From Tortispora ganteri (taxonomy: Eukaryota): DNA of 64,000 bases. Below are positions 62,401-64,000 of this stretch, piece after piece. The position numbers and the translations under genes are program-made. How positions within the stretch are numbered: position 1 is the stretch's first letter; every line of letters begins with the position of its first letter. The stretch lies in assembly GCA_003707115.1 (NCBI GenBank), contig PPNB01000012.1:124001-188000 (forward strand), written 5' to 3'. The notes below the pieces were generated by a model. That model searched no databases. It saw only the letters and a list, made by a program, of their open reading frames with translations, and was not told where the DNA came from.

Positions 62401-63393
62401 GGATACAATTACCTTAGTGAGCATGGACTAATTGAAGACAAATGTGACGAATGGTTCAATGAGGGCATTGAACAATTCTGCGATACGATCGAGTCGAATC
62501 TCGCAGTGGCATTCAAAGTGCCCAGTTACGAGCAGAGAGTCCCTGGCACTATTTCGTACAAAGCTGAGACGAAATCAGTTTGGCCGCATAATTTCTTCCG
62601 TGTCATGGTCAAAACTAGGGAAGGATGTGAGCTTCTTCGCAAGAAGAAATATTTCGATAAAGCAGTTGCTTATGTGCGAGCGAACCACGCTAAACTGAAT
62701 AATAGTTCTGTTATCAGGAAAGTAAAAGCTTATATGTGGCTTATTGGTGCGGTGGGTTCTGTTGGAAAGTCATTTGTGCCACAAGAGACTGGAGAAGTTG
62801 ATGATTTTGAATATGGATGGGGATTCATAACTGAGAAAGATGTGGTTCCTTTGGTGTACGATATATTTAAAAACTCCAAGCTGCTAACTTTACGAGGAAC
62901 TGCCTTTTACGCACTTGGACTGTTTTCATGCTCTGAAGCAGGTAGAAGACACCTTGAAGAGAAGTACAATTGGATGAGCCCGTCAGGGAAAGTAGGTGAA
63001 CCTGGGCTTGCTCTGCCTATTGATGTTGTGCGAGAAGTACAGCTGAGCAGTTATGGGCATGAGATGGCTGAACAGATTGAATATGATGCGAAGGGTGTAG
63101 CTCTTGAAGACAACTCAGAGAGCTTAGAAGATTCGATAAAGCGGCTAGACCGCACAGGTAGAACTATTGTTTACGGATTGATTGATCTAGCGAATCATAT
63201 TCTTGCGAACACTGCCGCAAAGAGTCTTGCAACAATTCAGGCTAAAGACGGTAAATATTTCCGTGACCCACAGATATTCCAAATTGCGATGAGACTTCTT
63301 GGACTTTACAAATATCGTCTTTCCATTCGAAGGTTTATACTGGATTTGTTCAGGACGGAATACGTACTGGAGACGCTTACAGCCAAGATTTAA
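59404..63393 (+). CDS. TSC11: TORC2 subunit Rictor/Avo3
   Basis: IEREQALKFVRAF, VLSTKNYSKWNW, FFRPFKYRFS, LIRQIAECIAQID, LRGTAFYALGL, YRLSIRRFILDLF. The ATG at 59404 is preferred; in-frame ATGs also occur at 59338 and 59341. Confidence 0.93.
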   Translation: MTSRKHKVPEHRHTIYGGTVLQQNTSLAPQMTRRSSGDSSRSAITSVRSIKSIRSIRNNAETESVFDSESNIRPSSETQRVFTLPLVDIARDQDVTVNLAAIDTEIAKETMLLRSAKSVLNNHNSTKTSAVYAQADSQYQSAQVRLEQLKTLRNSAINAPPQNNLSPLLNDPSRFNGLNRVELEVSVPHNQSPTFTAGLLLHALEDTPPSESAKLVQKANEIVDLLSAHPELRPELVLSIVAKHVQSLLLHHSPYVVAAGFRLARYLLTDASSIKAFRTLFSDYIIIKSLTRDSQRSIEREQALKFVRAFAEIPDGLNELSLAVLRTIVAIAENAEDKLRIAALEFMAEILVLSPKLAASSGAVRAVLQGLIEGPFELADSLILAYLHVANHPESRQYLRIDEDFRYIVYPLLESQSTGHIHEEKLASSAKVILIILRSWTGIYACSYRNFQVIRDIVLCLKSPLKLSQEIIIDMLFDLFGIVQPKWATRFYLDGRECDNMTNEKDDQLNIDGDDYRAQDPKLSTEIDIIRHMTSLHLALFFECGLMNALSDFVDKDENDSTHRKASLLVSALTSLSSKVHSQEYSTKFISLGPLFVRAANIDNDSRLMSAHAVYELEGLNKALYLSYESKSNSDDNMDQLNYHMQLLAMASMRGSKFNLNVLEPTDSAPAPDSANIIGRRSVQPSGPEDSFRAALMDTQVLSTKNYSKWNWDLISLIITGPMLNPKRLDIVIKDTKFLKRIVSFFRPFKYRFSVVKNTEKNRVIVRIGCELIDTLMSTTEGTTYLLENKLIRQIAECIAQIDPYSGISAMDPLLSRERMERTLTGGYFTILGTLTNYPQGIAILERWRIFSMLYHLVELGDREDVLIAILSSLNYTFQSHPMNLVSKCLISEHLSVRVFTTWFVGSALVKARREWQLSSVNSTAIVLPLRDFEKAFLRLLIQQLYDMSDEVVEIAVSALTKQCEHRERLDYIVSLRPVFSHLGKVGAPLLVQFVGYSPGYNYLSEHGLIEDKCDEWFNEGIEQFCDTIESNLAVAFKVPSYEQRVPGTISYKAETKSVWPHNFFRVMVKTREGCELLRKKKYFDKAVAYVRANHAKLNNSSVIRKVKAYMWLIGAVGSVGKSFVPQETGEVDDFEYGWGFITEKDVVPLVYDIFKNSKLLTLRGTAFYALGLFSCSEAGRRHLEEKYNWMSPSGKVGEPGLALPIDVVREVQLSSYGHEMAEQIEYDAKGVALEDNSESLEDSIKRLDRTGRTIVYGLIDLANHILANTAAKSLATIQAKDGKYFRDPQIFQIAMRLLGLYKYRLSIRRFILDLFRTEYVLETLTAKI

Positions 63394-63422
63394 CAATAAC
63401 GAATTAATGACATTAGAACGGA

Positions 63423-64000
63423 TCATGAAGGAGTCGTATGGTGTAGTATTTTCTGTATCATTTTGTTGCCCACTGCAAGAGCATCTTCCTTTTGTGGCAC
63501 AAAGAATTGTGATACTTTTTCGAAACGATGCTTGTAAAGATCGAAAGAGCCAGCAGCGACGACGTCAGCCCAGCTACGGGCAGCTAGAGTAAATTCCAAG
63601 TCGTCATGACGAAAAGAGTCATCATTTACACCAGTATTAATGGCGTCATCAAGCAAAGACGTAGCAAAAACATATTCTGTAACGCCTATTAGTATGCGGA
63701 AAATAGGCGTAGAACAGATCATGTGGTCAAAGGGGTTAATACCGAGACGGTACCAGCAGTCTCCAACAGCTAAAAGTGAGAGATGTGAATTAGGAGTGCG
63801 TTCATCTTTCGGTACTGTTGACAAACTGTATTCGTCGAGCAAGTCATCTGAGAGCAAAAGTTTGTGAGACTGTGAGCGTTCTAGGCTGAAAAGGGTGTCA
63901 CGGACGTTATAGAGTCTGGATCTAAGGGTTTCCTTGTCGCCTTGAATGAACAGTGTGAACAACTCTGTTACAGAACGCGAGTATTGAAGAATTTGTTCGT
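63423..64000 (-). CDS. TYR1: Prephenate dehydrogenase, 3' part (5' end is outside the window)
   Basis: The frame is open to the window edge: EQILQYSRSVTELF...PNSHLSLLA...LGINPFDHMICSTPIFRI...DDLEF...GNKMIQKIL. Confidence 0.92.
   Translation of the reverse strand, partial: EQILQYSRSVTELFTLFIQGDKETLRSRLYNVRDTLFSLERSQSHKLLLSDDLLDEYSLSTVPKDERTPNSHLSLLAVGDCWYRLGINPFDHMICSTPIFRILIGVTEYVFATSLLDDAINTGVNDDSFRHDDLEFTLAARSWADVVAAGSFDLYKHRFEKVSQFFVPQKEDALAVGNKMIQKILHHTTPS

Noticed and set aside
63382..63393. PTS1-like C-terminal AKI on Tsc11; TGA-CTA readthrough signals
   Set aside because: Rictor is not peroxisomal. No TGA CTA context was seen at the stop codons I inspected.
1..64000. Transposons, LTRs, CRISPR arrays, rRNA, horizontally acquired or secondary-metabolite clusters
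   Set aside because: No RT/integrase/transposase ORFs, long repeats, spacer arrays, rRNA-like sequence or backbone enzymes were seen. Gene content is ordinary fungal housekeeping.

Overview
This is a gene-dense, intron-poor fungal nuclear segment. It is most consistent with an early-diverging budding yeast (Saccharomycotina). The basis for that inference is Ssy5, DASH Dam1 and Asg1, a retained molybdopterin-synthase small subunit, GTAAGT/TACTAAC introns and CUG read as Leu. I find about 36 protein-coding genes, mostly recognisable housekeeping orthologues (ATP18, NBP2, ENT3, cyclophilin, SLX4, RPS21, SSY5, AIP1, SSL2, HNT1, DAM1, ASG1, MRL1, RTT106, TEF1, STU2, SEN15, MNR2, ATS1, GEP3, PIM1, BRO1, ARP8, TSC11, partial TYR1). 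There are also three intronless tRNA genes (Gln-CUG, Arg-UCU, Ala-AGC) and two clear spliceosomal introns. No transposon, CRISPR array, rRNA or biosynthetic cluster is visible, and I cannot support a claim of a wholly new system. The best leads are: a single cyclophilin gene with two in-frame starts (mitochondrial and cytosolic forms); very tight tandem gene pairs that may be bicistronic (MNR2-SEN15, and RTT106-MRL1 with a TAATG-coupled uORF); a recurring promoter vocabulary (Reb1, Homol-D/AACCCT, Mig1 cluster); an aldo-keto reductase lacking the NADPH-binding IPKS motif; a Cys/His-rich spartin-like protein; and several unexplained signals in the 40.7-43.2 kb intergenic region. All gene names come from remembered family motifs, not from database searches.
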